From: Phoronis australis
Lineage: Eukaryota > Animalia > Phoronida
Reading direction: 5' to 3'
DNA length: 64,000 nt
Assembly (NCBI GenBank): GCA_002633005.1
Contig: NMRA01000716.1
Coordinates: 48,596 to 112,595 of the forward strand
Positions 26,501-40,428 of the stretch are shown piece after piece (position 1 is the first letter of the stretch; every line of letters starts with the position of its first letter). The translations under genes and the position numbers were made by a program. The notes under the pieces are model-generated. The model saw nothing but the letters and a program-made list of their open reading frames with translations, did not search any database and was not told the origin of the DNA.

Positions 26501-29500
26501 TGTCGATACCATACGATTTTCTGATGGCGCAGACAAAATGTTAGACTCGTTTGCTAAAGACACAGGTGGAATTCCAATGTTTTCATCTGACGGAGACACC
26601 AGCACCTCTCTCAAGAACAATTTCGAGAAAATCACCATGGAAAGGACGCCCGAAAAAACGGTCGTGAAGGTTAGTTTTTTGTTTGATTGCAAATTGGCTT
26701 CAATATTTACAGAAAAAGACAGCCCACATCTACATTAGAATTCTCTGATCTTTAACCTAAATTATGCTCTTACTTACGTTTGCTCAGTATGTCTTCCGAA
26801 CGGGCATGTGGCATTTCACGTGTCCTTTTTCTGACGTTGCGTAAGTCGAAACTTTGTTCAATTACCAACTTGAGAAAGTTAAACCAGAAATAGTCATTTA
26901 TGGGGCCCTGTATATTGGAAACTGTTTTTTTATGAATAACAGACAACACAGTGTGGAGAAAACTACAAGGATGTGTCCCATAGACTCCGGGATCTCACCA
27001 AAAAGCAAAATCACGCAAAATGACGAGGGTGAAATGCGAGTGTGCTCGAAACCTTGCCAGCGCAATCTTGCGGAATAGCTGCCACTGAAGTGATTGGTCG
27101 TGGACGTTGGAATATTGCACGACCCAAATAAAGGCAGATTGCAATTTGTTTGCTTTCAGAAAATTTTTACTTATTCTCATATAAAATCCATAGTTTTGTG
27201 GATATTTGAACTATACAAAAAATTGTCGAAAACTTTATATATTTTTCGGGACAATGTTTACTTTTTGGAAGGTTGGAATAGAGGGATGGAGACGATGCAT
27301 ATAAATATAACTATTAGTAAAATACAATAAAAGCCAGTTCTGTGGGGGGTGCGTGTGTGTATGCGCTTGCGTCTGTGTCTGTGTATGTATGTGCGTGCCT
27401 GTGTGTATGTGTGTCGGTCTCTGTCTCTGCGTCTGCCTGTGTCCGTGTTCCTGAATTTGTGTGTATGCATGTATAAAAGCCGGAGATCCTCCAAGCAAAA
27501 GTCTCTTGAGTGAGAACCATATTAGTGTGCACTACAATTTAATAAAAACTAGAAAGATTATTGTCACGGTGTGACAATAATGGACTCTGCGCGTGCGTAT
27601 TAAAGGAATTGTTATGGGAAGTTACTGACAGTAACCCGGTTACCAATATGAAAAGGAATTCTTTAAAATTGTAGGAGAAATTACATGTTTATTTTGATGA
27701 CCTTTCCACTAACTGACCTCTTCCGGTGCATTATGAACCCCGATGAGGGAATAATTGTAAAACCAATTTAAAGTGTCGTTAATGCTAAGAATCACAGATG
27801 TTTTACTTTAAGCACTTAAGAACACAACATGAATGAATTGGTCAAACTTTCAGAAGAAAAATGCACCTAATGACCCCATGGGTTCACCAAATGACCCAAA
27901 AATTAAAAATTCAAACTCAATCGCATTTAGTAAACAGGTATGTAATTTTGAAGTCACTAGTTCAAAATTTTAATTTTGCACTCAATGATCTTTGACCTAT
28001 TTTTTCTGATTGGTTAGGCCTATTGCGTAGTTAGTAGGTTGTTCAATTGGCATGTTGACTTACACTAGTCTGCTGAAATTGAAAAGAATTCCTTGAAAAA
28101 CGTAAGATATAACTTTTAGAACGTTAGATGACCTTTGCACTAACTGACCATATCCGGTGCATTTTAAGCATCTTTAGGAGAATTATTGCGAAGCCCATGG
28201 AAAATGTGTATAATGCCGAGAATCACAGTTGTCTAACGGTTGACACATCAGAATACTTGCTGATTGAAAAGGTCAAATTTTCAGAAGAAAAAAATGCACC
28301 TAATGACCCCATGTTTGCACTAAATGACCTGAAACTTTGGATTCCGATTTGATTTACCTGTGACAATCAGACCTGTCAATTTGAAGTGTCTAGCTCAAAA
28401 TTTTAGTTTGCACCTAGTGACCTTTGACCTATTTCACCTGATTGGATTACCCGATTTCTTAGAAAAGTAAGTTTTAAAATTGTCATGTTGACTTATACCT
28501 GTGCACCGAATTTGAAAGAGATAGCTTTAAAACTGAAGGAGGAGTAGCATTTTGAAAATTATATGACCTTTGCACCAAACGACCTTTTCCGGTGTAATAT
28601 GGAATATGATTATATAACCAATCAAAATTTATATACTGTCAAAAGTCATATGCTGAATTTAAAGACCGTACCTGCACCCAATTTGGAGTTATTAAGCCTC
28701 AAAGTTGGTCGGAAGAAGAATAAGAATAAGAAGAATAAGAACTAGAAAGATTATTGTCACGGCGTGACAATAATGGACTCTGCGCGTGCGTATTAAAGGA
28801 ATTGTTATGGGAAGTTACTGACAGCAACCCCGTTTACCAAATTCTTTAAAATTGTAGGAGTAATTACATGCTAATGTTTTGATGACCTTTCCACTAACTG
28901 ACCTCTTCCGGTGCATTATGAACCCCAGTGAGGGAATACATGTATTTGTGCAACCAATTTAAAGTACAGTTAATGCTAAGAATCACAGATGTTTTGCTTT
29001 AAGCACTTAAGAATACAACATGAATTAATTGGTCAAACTTTCAGAAGAAAAATGCTCCTAATGACCCCATGGATGCACCAAACGACCCAAAAATTTAGAA
29101 TTCAAACTCAATCGCGATTAGTAAACAGATATATAATTTTGAAGTCTCTAGCTCAAAATTTTAATTTTGCACTCAATGACCTTTGACCTATTTTTTCTGA
29201 TTGGTTAGGCCTATTGCGTAGTTAAGTAGGTTGTTCAATTGGCATGTTGAGATACGCTAGTGTGCTGAAATTGAAATGAATTCCTTGAAAAACGTAAGAG
29301 ATATAACTTTTTGAACGTTAACTGACCTTTGCACTAATTGACCCTATCTGGTGCATTATAAGCGTCTTTAGAAGGATTATTGCAAAGCCCATGGAAAATG
29401 TGTGTAATGCTGAGAATCACAGTTGTCTAACGGTTGACACATCAGTGTACTTGGAGAATGAAAAGGTCAAATTTTCAGAAGAAAAATGCACCTAATGACC

Positions 29501-32500
29501 CCATGTTTGCACTAAATGACCTGAAACTTTGGATTTTAAATTGAATTATCTGTGCCAATCAGAACCGTGAATTTGAAGTGTCTAGCTCAAAATTTTAGTT
29601 TGCACCTAATGACCTTTGACCTGTTTAACCTGATTGGATGACCCAATTGCTTAGAGAAGTAACTTTTTAATTTGTCATGTTGACTTATACCTGTGCGCTG
29701 AAATTGAAAAGAATTCTTTGAAAAACGTAAGAGATATAACATTTTGAACGTTACATGACCTTTGCACTAATTGACCTTATCCGGTGCATTTTAAGCATCT
29801 TTAGGAGAATTATTGCAAAGCCCATGGAAAATGTGTTTAACGCTGAGAATCACAGTTGCCTAACGGTTGACACATCTGAATACTTGCTGATTGAAAAGGT
29901 CAAATTTTCAGAAGAAAAATGCACCTAATGACCCCATGTTTGCACTAAATGACCTGAAACTTTGGATTCCGATTTGATTTACCTGTGGCAATCAGACCTT
30001 TTAATTTGAAGTGTCTAGCTCAAAATTTTAGTTTGCACCTAATGACCTTTGACCTGTTTCACCTGATTGGATGACCCGATTACTTAGAAAAGTAAGTTTT
30101 TGAATTGTCATGTTGACCTTTACCTGTGCACCGAATTTGAAAAAGATAGCTTTAAAACTGAAGGAGGAGTAGCATTTTGAAAATTATATGACCTTTGCAC
30201 CAAATGACCCCTTCCGGTGCAATATGGAATATGATTATATAACCAATCAAAATTTATATACTGTAAAAAGTCATATGCTGAATTTAAAGACCGTACCTGC
30301 ACCCAATTTGAAGTTATTAAGCCTCAAAGTTGGTCGGAAGAAGAATAAGAAGAATAAGAAGAATAAGAATAAGAACTAGAAAGATTATTGTCACGGCGTG
30401 ACAATAACGGACTCTGCGCGTGCGTATTACTGTAATTATTATGGGAAGTTACTGACAGCAACCCGTTTACCAATATGAAAAGGAATTCTTTAAAATTGTA
30501 GGAGAAATTAGATATCAATTTTTTGATGACCTTTCCACTAATTGACCTCTTCCGGTGCATTATGAGCCCCGTTGAAGGACTAATTGTTAACTCGATTAAA
30601 AGTGTGGTTAATGCTAATAATCACAGATGTTTTACTTGAAGCACTTCAGAATACAAGATGAATGAAGTGGTCAAACTTTTAGAAGAAAATTGCACCTAAT
30701 GACCCCATGGGTGCACCAAATGACCCAAAAATTTAAAATTCAAACTCAATCGCATTTAGTAAACAGATATGTAATTTTGAAGTCTCTAGCTCAAAATTTT
30801 AATTTTGCACTCATTGACCTTTGACCTATTTTTTTCTGATTGCTTAGGCCTATTGCGTAGTTAAGTAGGTTGTTCAATTGGCATGTTGACTTACACTAGT
30901 GTGCTGAAATTGAAAAGAATTCCTTGAAAAACGTAAGAGATATAACATTTTGAACATTACATGACCTTTGCACTAATTGACCCTATCCGGTGCATTATAA
31001 GCGTCTTTAGGAGAATCATTGCAAAGCCCATGGAAAATGTGTTTAACGCTGAGAATCACAGTTGTCTAACGGTTGACAAATCAGAATACTTGTTGATTGA
31101 AAAGGTCAAATTTTCAGATGAAAAATGCACCTAATGACCCCATCTTTGCACTAAATGACCTGAAACTTTGGATTCCAATTTGATTCACCTGTGGCAATCA
31201 GACCTGTCAATTTGAAGTGTCTAGCTCAAAAATTTAGTTTGCACCTAGTGACCTTTGACCTATTTCACCTGATTGGATTACCCGATTACTTAGAAAAGTA
31301 ATTTTTTAAATTGTCATGTTGACTGATACCTGTGCACCGAATTTGAAAAAGATAGCTTTAAAACTGAAGGAGGAGTAGCATTTTGAAAATTATACGACCT
31401 TTGCACTAAACGACCTTTTCCGGTGCAATATGGAATATGATTTTATAGCCAATCAAAATTTATGTTCTGTCAAAACTTATGTGCTGAATTTAAAGACCGT
31501 ACCTGCTCCCAATTTGGAGTTATTAAGCCTCAAAGATGGTCGGAAGAAGAATAAGAAGAATAAGAATAAGAATAAAATTGAAAAAAACCCAGGAACAACA
31601 GGACTCTGCGCTTACACGCGCAGAGTAATAAGAATAAGAATAAAATTGAAGAAAACCCAGGAACAACAGTCCTCTGCGCTTACACGCGCAGAGTAATAAA
31701 AATAAACAATAGAAAATACGCAAAGGTGATTGTTATGCAATGTACATACATTGGATAACATATGGTATCAATAGCATAAGTTATTAACAAATAAATGTAC
31801 ATATAAGCCCGACTCCTCTGTAAGAATACAGTGGTGCTACATATATACATACATACATACATACATACATACATACATACATACATACATACATACATAC
31901 ATACATACATACATACATACATGTGTCAGCACTTCACGTAACACGGCATGAAGAAAGTTTGAAAAATCATTTATGTTTGTGAAAATAATTTACAGGATTA
32001 AAGCACATGTAATAACAACCAAGCACTATTCACCTGTTCTGCTTTGTGCTAGGTTATGGACGAACTTGTTACACTGAAAGGCCATGCGTTTAAAAACGTA
32101 ACGTTTAATATTGACGGCGATGTTGGCTCAAACACTACAGTGTATGTTACGTGGACCTCTTCCCGGGAGTTCATCGCTTCAATCGTTACCCCCGATGGAT
32201 CCTTGCTTGACGCGTCAGCCGTTATGTACAACGACGCGTCTAAAAGCCTTGAGATTGTCATTCCTGGGAAAGCAATAGCTGGTATTTGGACGATAATTTT
32301 CAACAGTCGTTCACCCTCTCAAAGTCATGTTCAGGTATCCGTAACATCAAGGGCGAGGGAGGAGAGTGTGGAGCCGGTCAGACTTTCTGTGGCGACGTCC
32401 ATTGCAGGAGAAGCCACTGTGGACTTAAAGGGTAAGTTGCTACAAAGGCAAATGATTCTGATGAGTAGTTCAGTAACCCAGTGCTCTCTAAATTACGACT

Positions 32501-35500
32501 GGAAGTAAGATCACTTAGTTCAATCGAAAAACTTCCTGATTACAATGCGGCTCATAGCTGTCGATATCACCATTTAGCTACCCACTATTCAGTTTTTAAA
32601 GCCCCACCGACTACACAGACTACACATTTTTATTTACATGTAACTAGGCGTACAGAAAATCCCAATGTTGTAACCTGACTTAGTCCACTGTCTTGTTACT
32701 GGATTAACTATCAAGGATTTACTTAAATCAGTAAGACGTTTATTATGAAATGGACTAAATCTATGATCTAATCAGACGCAAAGATACAGATAGAAAATTC
32801 ACATTTCAGAGCCGAAGAAATCACGAGTTGCCATCTACGCCACCGTGCGCAAAGGTTATTTGCCAGTAACTGGAGCAAAGGTATATGCTATCGTTGAAAC
32901 CGGCACGTCAGTTATTTCTCAACAACTATTCGACGGCGGGGCAGGTAATTAGGGCAAACATCTTACAAAAGGGTCTTACCAAACGTTTTTTCTGCAATAA
33001 GCTGAAAGATGGATAACGCGTTATTGTTTAATATCATGTTACGATGTGAAATGTTAATCGGTCAAATAAGAATGACTCAGCTGGACTGAGAGGTAGAACA
33101 ACTACAGAAGTGAGATTGTACACTACTCCTTAAACCATATGAGCTGTGACCAAATTCGACACTTCCATGTACAACCGAAATTCACAAGAGCATAGAACAT
33201 ATCGTGCGTGTCAGCCTACATGTACAGTAGCTCATTTCGTTTTCAAACACAATACAAAACAATTCACATCTAGACTTCTGATCCTCAAATTTCCAAAGTG
33301 TCCAAGTTTCGTGTACGTTAGGGTCGTGAGAATCCTTAACCCACCACTGCATTACAACGTAATGTTAGGCACAGTTGTGAACATTACAAGATGCAATAAC
33401 GGGACATCTGGAGCTACATGTACAGGGTAGACCGTACCGTAATAACATGCCGACCGCGTTTTCTTTTTTAATCGTACTTTGAGATGGACCGGTAAATATG
33501 GGTTCATTGTCTGAAAAAGTACGCAAATACACAGAAATATGCCGTCGGGCATTAACACAATGGCGTCAGCACGTAAATACCAATGAATTGCGTCGCAAAG
33601 GGGTGAAAAGCTTCAAAAAGTGGGGCGGTCACGACAAAATCAGGACAGTCGGTATTGAAGTAAACAAGGCCGATTTCGCCAGAAATCTCCCACACGCAAT
33701 GACGTCCTTGTGGCCATGACAAATTAGTCCAACTTTTGTCGTAATATCTAGCATATTGTCGCGCTTTGTTCAGCGTTCAATGTGGCGTTATTGCGCCACA
33801 CTGCGTATCGTTAATTTCTCCATGGACATGCAAACTAAGTTGTTGCGACTTCGGCGTGACGCAACTTGTCCCAAAACGGCGTCAAGATTTAGAAAAAAAT
33901 GAACCGGGTTTAGTTGAAAGGAAATGGATATTTAGTCACAATTAGGACGACTAAATTATGTTAAAATTTGACCTTGTCCAGTTTATTTTGAAAGCAACTG
34001 TGTTCTGAGTATTAGCTTGATATAACTAGATGATAGGTCTGATCGAAATGATTTTTGCCTTTCAACGATTTTCACAATGGGTCTATGGCGAACAGGCAGA
34101 CATTCTCTCGCCCGGCGCGTAATTCAAGGAAGCATTCATAACAAACAGTGCTTAAAACTTTATTTTCTCATGTTTAGCTGTACGAAAATGGGCCCATCAT
34201 TCCAAAACCAACTTCCTCGAATTGCTTCTGACAGTGATGGGATTTTACTTCCGTTGCCACAAAGAACATCCACCTAAGAGAAAACAAGCTTCATAGAGAA
34301 GGCTGGCCAGCCATTACAAAATTTGATCGTTTCCATTTAGGTGTAAGTCTTCTGTCAGTTTCAATTAAATATTCGAATCAACAGTAACATTGAACGGAAC
34401 GTGTATTTTCCAGTGTTCTAGGTTTAACAATAATTTTATTCTGGATTTGTTTTATAATTTTCATGAAGGAGCTGATGCGAACGTCGAGGATGGCGTGTAT
34501 TCGGGATATTTCACCAACTTCACTGGAAATGGAAGATACAGCGTCAGGGTAAAAGCTTCATTTTTACCAAACATAACAAAGATCAAAACGTCGCCTGGAG
34601 AAAACCGGCCAATATATAACCATACACTGAAGTCTAGTAAGTCATTTGTCAATCGTATCAATTGACGAATATTTGTTTCGTATGCTTACGAAAAATTATC
34701 GCTTATTTATAACATGTTTATAAAAGATATCTAACCAAGCCCATTTTGAAAACGTTTGACGGAGGTTGAAGTCTATGGGACCTTGTTCATCTACTAAGGA
34801 TCGATGAAATTGATTTTCTCAACTTGCAATCTATTTTTTACGTTTGCATCTTTGAATTAAAGGCTTCTGGCCCAAAGTACAAACAAAGTATAAAGAGGCA
34901 CATTTGCACACGCGGTCAATCCATTTAAGAGTTGTTCTCGTATTTCAAGGGCAGAATACACATTTTTAACATCAGATATCTCTGGATTAGCTTGCAGGCG
35001 TATACAGGATTCTTGAGTTGGGTGCTTCCATTGAACGTCTTTCATAAAACGTGACCTAAGTTCACAATATCCCTTGCAAATCAACAGGAAGTGGTATTCA
35101 TCCTCTGCAAGACCATCATTGCAAATCAAACACAATCTATTGTAATATTCTACTTTCACGTGTCTACCCACTTCCAGTGGCGGATTTAGGGGGGGTTCAA
35201 GGGGGCCATGCCCCTCCTAAAAGTCTACCAGTTACCATTTGTGAGTTTGGGTGCGAATTGCTGTCTAGCACATGCGCGCAACCATGGGGGGGGTGAATAA
35301 ACGATACATAAGCCATGAAGAAACCCGTTTACCGTTTTTTTCAGTAAACAGGTACACAAACCCAAAACTTCGAGGCCCTGCATCCCCACATGTGAGGCTA
35401 TGCGCGCATCTACCGAAATTCTGGTTATTCATGTGCCCTGCCTCCCCTAATTCAAAATCCTGGATCCGCCCCTGACTTCCACTTGTAGTCAATGGTTGGA

Positions 35501-38500
35501 GCAACGTAACCGAATTAACGTTTGAATAAGGCTATCATGTAGCGGTGACTTAAGATATGGTTCAAAACAGTACAGAGTCTTAAAGTTACAGTAGTATTTA
35601 AGTTTTGCATTATACTCAATTTTTGATCGCCAACATTGCTCATAGCAGTCATTAACTCTGCGCGAAGATACTTGAAAACATGACTTCACACGTGACACCT
35701 AGATTCAACCAAATTTCATAAAAACCATATTTCGATAGCAATTGTCTAACTGCAGATACCCAAGTATTTCTCCCATTCCGATCTAAATCAGCTAACATGT
35801 CGCAAGCCGCTTTACTGTATCTATTAGGTGGCATTTTCAATTACTTTCGCCAATATTTTACACATGTGACACAGTACTTTTCATAGAGCGGGTAAATTCC
35901 ACATTCACCCAATACAGCTGCGTTTGAGCAAGAGTTTCCAACTCCAAGAGCAATTTTATAGAATTAAACATATACGTTTTCAAGCCATTCATATTCTTTG
36001 AATCCCTAGATTTCCGCACAGTAGCACATAGTTGGCACTGCAATTTTATCAAACAGTTCAAGTGACAGGCTCAATGGTAATTCCTTGCACCGGTTTCTAA
36101 TTTTAGAGATAGACATAACAGCTTTACTACCTTCACGTGTCAGAGTTTTAGTGGTTTTGGATCAAACTAATTTTGGTGTAAAAAACTATTCTAAGATATT
36201 TATATTGGGAGACAACCTCCACTACTTAATTTCCATAATACCACTTTTCATACGCTGTGAGTAGCCCGCCATTTCAGACTTACACTCATGCCCCAAGAAG
36301 AGCAATAATCATAAAGGCAGTTTAACATTCTCTGCAAATGAATTTGAGTGCTGGAACACAGAACCATGTCATCAGCATACAACAGCGATTTTACTTTCGG
36401 CGCCACTTCATTGATATAAATCCCTCTAATATTTTGAGCATTATCTAGGACTTCGATAAATTCGTTCAGATACATGATAAACAATAGTGGGCTGATCCTA
36501 CACCCTTGTCTGGTGCCGACAGAACAGTAAATTAAGTCGGTTAACCCTTCCCAGGTCCTTACGCGTGAACGTAATTTGTTGTACATGATTTCAGGACTTT
36601 AAGTACGTATACATCACCATGGACAGCAATGTTTTGTAATCTATACCATAGTAGCATATAGGGAACTCTGTCAAACGCCTTCGAAAAGTCGACAAAAGCA
36701 CAAGAAAAACGACATATTTTTGGCATATGGTCTGAAGCGTAAACATTTGGTCCTGATTGCAGTAGCCCTTGCGGAATCTTGCCTGTGATTCACGAAGTTC
36801 GTCACTTGCCTCCGCCCAGGTGCTAAGGCGGTTGTTCAGAAGTTTGGTGAATAACTTCCTTACTGCTGACACAATGAGATGGTCTCATATTCAGTGTTAG
36901 CCTATTTAAATATAGTAACAATTATTGTGTCACGCCAGACCTGTAGCGAGAATTCTATTGAAAAGCAGTTCCAATACAGGAACAATAGTTACCCTCGTAC
37001 TCTTCAACATCTCAAACACAACATGATAAATGCCGGATGCTTTGCCGTTTGGAAGATCCTTCATAGCGCAGTAAATTTCCTCACATGAGAAACAAGTGTT
37101 CATATCACTGGGTAAATTTTCGTCACAAGCATCACAATAATTGTAATGATTTTCTTGTTGTCTTACGACGGCATTTGACATAGTGTCGCTCGGTTCCATC
37201 CGTTCATTGAGCAACAAATTAAAATAAATGCACCACCGTTCTGGAGTTATCAAAGTTTTCTTCGTACTACTATTAAAATTGATTTTACGTGTTCCCAGAA
37301 TTGCTTTGGATTATTTCTACTATCCAAAATATTTCCTAGCAACTTCGACTGATGTTCTTTTTCTGCTTCTTTGTATAACATTCGAAATTGTTTCTTATTT
37401 TCTTTGTATACTGTCAATTGCCAGGGGAGGAGTCTCTCCGAAAAATATTCAAAGAGTGATGTCTTATATTTTTTGCAGTTTGTAAATATTTGTCCCTCCA
37501 AGGGGGTTGTTTACTCTGCCGTTTAGCATGAACACGTTTATTTTTAAACATTGCCATCGATGTAGCAGTTTGTTTATACAGATTTGTGACACCATGTTGC
37601 ATTTTCTATGTCGCCATTCACGAGCGATCTGTTCAACTACTCCATCTGGACTTTCTGACTTTCAATTTGAGAACACTTCGTGGAATTCTGCTACACGGCT
37701 ACTATCCCACTCCAGGCGAGTGTGCGATTGCGATGTTGATTGACTAACGCTACAAAGACTGTCTTACACACAATTACCTGCAACATTACAAACAATAGGA
37801 AAACCTATTTTAATTTATGTGAAACACGAACAGTAATGTTATGCCGTCATCATTATTATTACTAACGATAGCAATGCGCTTTATTTCTATGTATATTAGT
37901 GGCTGGCACCACAACCTCTCGAAAGGTTATGAGTTGCCAGTTAACGTATGTGACTGCACGAAAAGACTTTCGCGACTAAAGCTAGGTCATTATATAGCAA
38001 TTGTTGTTAGTTTAGTGGTCTTTCAATGTAAATTAACATATTAAATGAAAAGTCTTAATTAATGAAAAACACTTCTTCCAGAGTTTGACAAGGACTTGTG
38101 GCTACCAACCTTCACTGACGCGGATCAGTTTTCACGAGACATGACTGGTAATTCATTTTTAGTCGTTAATCAACCACCGCCAACCATTAACAAAAAAGGA
38201 ATCACTGAACAGACGGATTTATTTCCTCCCAGCGCCATATTGGATTTGAAGGTAACTCACTATTAGCACTTTAGCTAACTTTAATGGACAGTTTCCTCCT
38301 TAGTGTCTTCTCATCTCTAGTCGAACTTCACCAAAGCCAACCCTGACATATCGCGGTGAAGTTCCTTCTGGTATATCGGTTTGATGCGTTTGTAGTTTGA
38401 AGTAGAACACAGGAACCTGAATACTATAACTGAATTGCTTGTTCAAGGAGAACAAGCTCTTTGAGTCATCCCACCGTTTTATTAAGTACTTTTTAACAAA

Positions 38501-39948
38501 GAGTAACATGTTTGTTTTCACCCCTCGACACCGTCACAACCATCACACTGCTATCAAAGATCACTGTCTTACTATGGTTGTATGCAGCCCTACTCAAAAC
38601 GTTGTCATGTTAGCCAAACCTCTTTACCAGAGATAGTTAGGTATGATAAGTGCATTATTTATCCTGGTTGCTGTCATTTTGACAACCTGTACTATGAAGT
38701 CTAAGGAACACTAGTGACAATATGTGCTACCACATTCCAGCTGAATGAAGTTTCCAACTCAAAGGCTTCGGTATCTTTACAATGGACGGCAGTAGGGGAC
38801 GACTTAGATCAAGGAAAAGGTAACTTCCCAGTTGACAATCTATTGAAGAGTAACGTGACAACGCTGTGTTGCACTTACTTAACTAGTATGATACACGACG
38901 TGCATCAAATGGGCGCATATTTTAATTTGTCGATGAAAAGGTCGTTTTCCATCAGTCATAATATTGAACTTCTCAGGTTTTAAGGTGCAGAGGGGTCAAA
39001 AACTGCACTTGATCGACTTCACCGGCTCCGCTGTTCCAACCGACTAAGATATCTGATTGGTGTGTGATTAGGAAGTCTACATCGAGGACTAATCAGATGC
39101 CTTAGGTGGTGGAACTGGCGGAGTGCAGCCAATGTTATTCGTGAAAATACTAGGTAACTTGTGAGTTCGCTTTTCCTGGGAACTTCCAAGAGGGATGTTT
39201 TCAAGACAACTATAGGTCTACTGAAGTTAGAGCGAAACAACCAAATTCTATCGAAGGTCGTACGAGAGGTTTTAATTTTTGATAACACAGTCTCGGTTAA
39301 AATGCCGCAATGTGTAAGATCGAAATTTTCACCAACATTAAATCCAATGGTAGACGGTAGGCTCACTTCACAAAAAATGAAATGAAGTATGTGCTTCCTC
39401 AAATCTTCGTCGAACCGGAAATGCCACCACCAAGTGAACTTTGTTGTGTTGAAGATGACGGATTCAAATTTGAATTTAATGTTACTAATACAGCTGTTAA
39501 AGAGCTTAGAATATACTGTATGTAAAGCGAATGCATCATTTCAGCCACACGTTACGATCTTAGAGTCTCCACCAACTTCAGTGAAATAAAGAACAACTTC
39601 TTTAAGTGCAGACCAGTTACCCAGGCGATGGTCCTCGTGGGTAACCTTTCAGCGCCACTCGCCGCCGGCAGCATCGAAACGTTCACCGTGCAACTGAATA
39701 GCACCGATGCCAATGCCACCTACGTGTTTGCTGTCAAAGCCATTGACGATCAAAACAGAACGGGGTCGATATCAAACTTAGTCACTGCGGCCTTCATGGT
39801 TGTAGCAGTACCCTTGAGGAGTGGACTGCCTAGTCAAGAACCGGCAACACGCACAGCCATGAGTGACGGGCCGGTTACCAATATTAGCAGCTTCAATGGA
39901 GCCTACACCGCTGTTTTTCTTCTGACTGTCTTGATCAACTGCTTCTGA
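13928..39948 (+). CDS. CLCA: CLCA-family zinc metalloprotease/VWA protein, copy B; complete, 947 aa. Exons 13928-14098, 16105-16244, 16797-16960, 18242-18375, 22619-22771, 24744-24855, 25472-25590, 25885-26112, 26382-26669, 32053-32431, 32810-32944, 34469-34636, 38082-38251, 38741-38819, 39545-39948
   Basis: Exons sum to 2844 nt with continuous phase. Signal peptide MNIRLVSAITTIIYLCAVPSNA; CLCA_N motifs LLVAIGDDVP, YFKNITVLVP, GCGEPGEYMHLTP; metalloprotease HEFAHLRWGVFDE; Cys-rich HNAEAPNKHNRKC; VWA MIDAS DTSGS...GGTCI...LSDGE; C-terminal FN3 and hydrophobic tail. Confidence 0.95.
14407..14492 (+). mobile_element. Second tRNA-like SINE head (degenerate)
   Basis: Box A-like TAGATTTAATGGTAAGAGCA and box B-like GGTTTAATTCC. 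Confidence 0.35.
19270..19520 (+). repeat. Diverged interspersed repeat, second copy at about 23820-24080
   Basis: Colinear similarity (gatccctc...catccaaaattat..atccttat...tttgcag...gataaaaaatgg) between two different CLCA-B introns. Confidence 0.6.
20722..20911. other. Assembly gap (190 N)
   Basis: Run of N. Confidence 1.
21027..21263 (+). pseudogene. Degenerate THAP-domain fragment, probably of DNA-transposon origin
   Basis: MPLCC...FLLP...RKW..VVK...LRVCGL fits the THAP pattern MPxxC..C...FP...W...(R)VCxxHF, with the terminal HF lost. Confidence 0.5.
23437..23520. repeat. (GT)n microsatellite
   Basis: Direct reading. Confidence 0.97.
27547..31697. mobile_element. Head-to-tail trimer of a Helentron-associated non-autonomous element (HINE/DINE-1-like); units start at 27547, 28740, 30374
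   Basis: Each unit begins AACTAGAAAGA, then the palindrome TTATTGTCACGGYGTGACAATAA and ACTCTGCGCGTGCGTA, carries about 430-bp core repeats rich in TGACCTTTGACC, and ends in an (AAGAAT)n microsatellite. The array ends with hairpin ACTCTGCGC-TTACAC-GCGCAGAGT (twice), whose arm is inverted to the 5' subterminal motif; flanks are A-rich with no TSD. Confidence 0.8.
31846..31922. repeat. (ACAT)n microsatellite
   Basis: Direct reading. Confidence 0.97.
34830..37795 (-). mobile_element. 5'-truncated, frameshifted non-LTR retrotransposon (LINE) ORF2 in a CLCA-B intron
   Basis: RT motifs QARFRKG, GTRQGCRISPLLF, LLYADDMVL; C-terminal CCHC RLCLICNDGLAEDEYHFLLIC; absent from the homologous copy A intron (4911-5391). 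Clade not assignable by eye. Confidence 0.9.
35175..35474. mobile_element. MITE (300 bp) nested in the LINE, hAT-like CAG...CTG termini, 5-bp TSD ACTTC
   Basis: TIRs CAGTGGCGGAT / ATCCGCCCCTG; ACTTC at 35170-35174 and 35475-35479. Removing the element plus one TSD restores the LINE frame (LQVEVGRH). Confidence 0.88.
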
Positions 39949-40422
39949 GAAAAAACAAGTTCTTATGGATCGTTATACACGTGGATACAGTTGTTAAGCA
40001 CAATTATGGAAAACTATCACCTCATCGTACTTGCACGATGACGCTCTTTTAAAAGCCACAGCGTAGCGTTGGCATGAATGTGCCTACGACCGTCTTAACA
40101 ACGACAGAGAGTAAGGGCCCCTGCATGTTATTTGTCACTTTTAACCGCTGTAGATTATAAACTAGTTTATACATGTTACTTTTCATGAAAGTATCTTAGT
40201 TTGTTACAGTGAGTTGATTGTCTCCTTGTCCAAAGGGCCTTTCACATACCATGGCAATTTCATGAGCACAGAATTCTAATTATTGCTATTTGACCAGGTA
40301 TACTGCTGCTGCATGGGCGACATTTGGCTATTGCCCCGCTCGACCTATAAGTTGACTCATTAGCAGATACATATATAGATATATAACGCATGTATTAACT
40401 TACATAGCAGTTAGTATAATGC

Positions 40423-40428
40423 AATAAA
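40423..40428 (+). terminator. Putative polyadenylation signal of CLCA copy B
   Basis: AATAAA about 475 nt after the stop, at the end of the 3' UTR similarity with copy A. Confidence 0.5.

Noticed and set aside
27547-31697. Repeat array as a CRISPR array or coding repeat (ORFs MTFAPND…KKNKNKK)
   Set aside because: Units are kilobase-scale with no unique spacers, the context is a eukaryotic intron, and the ORFs are short by-products of the repeat and microsatellite.
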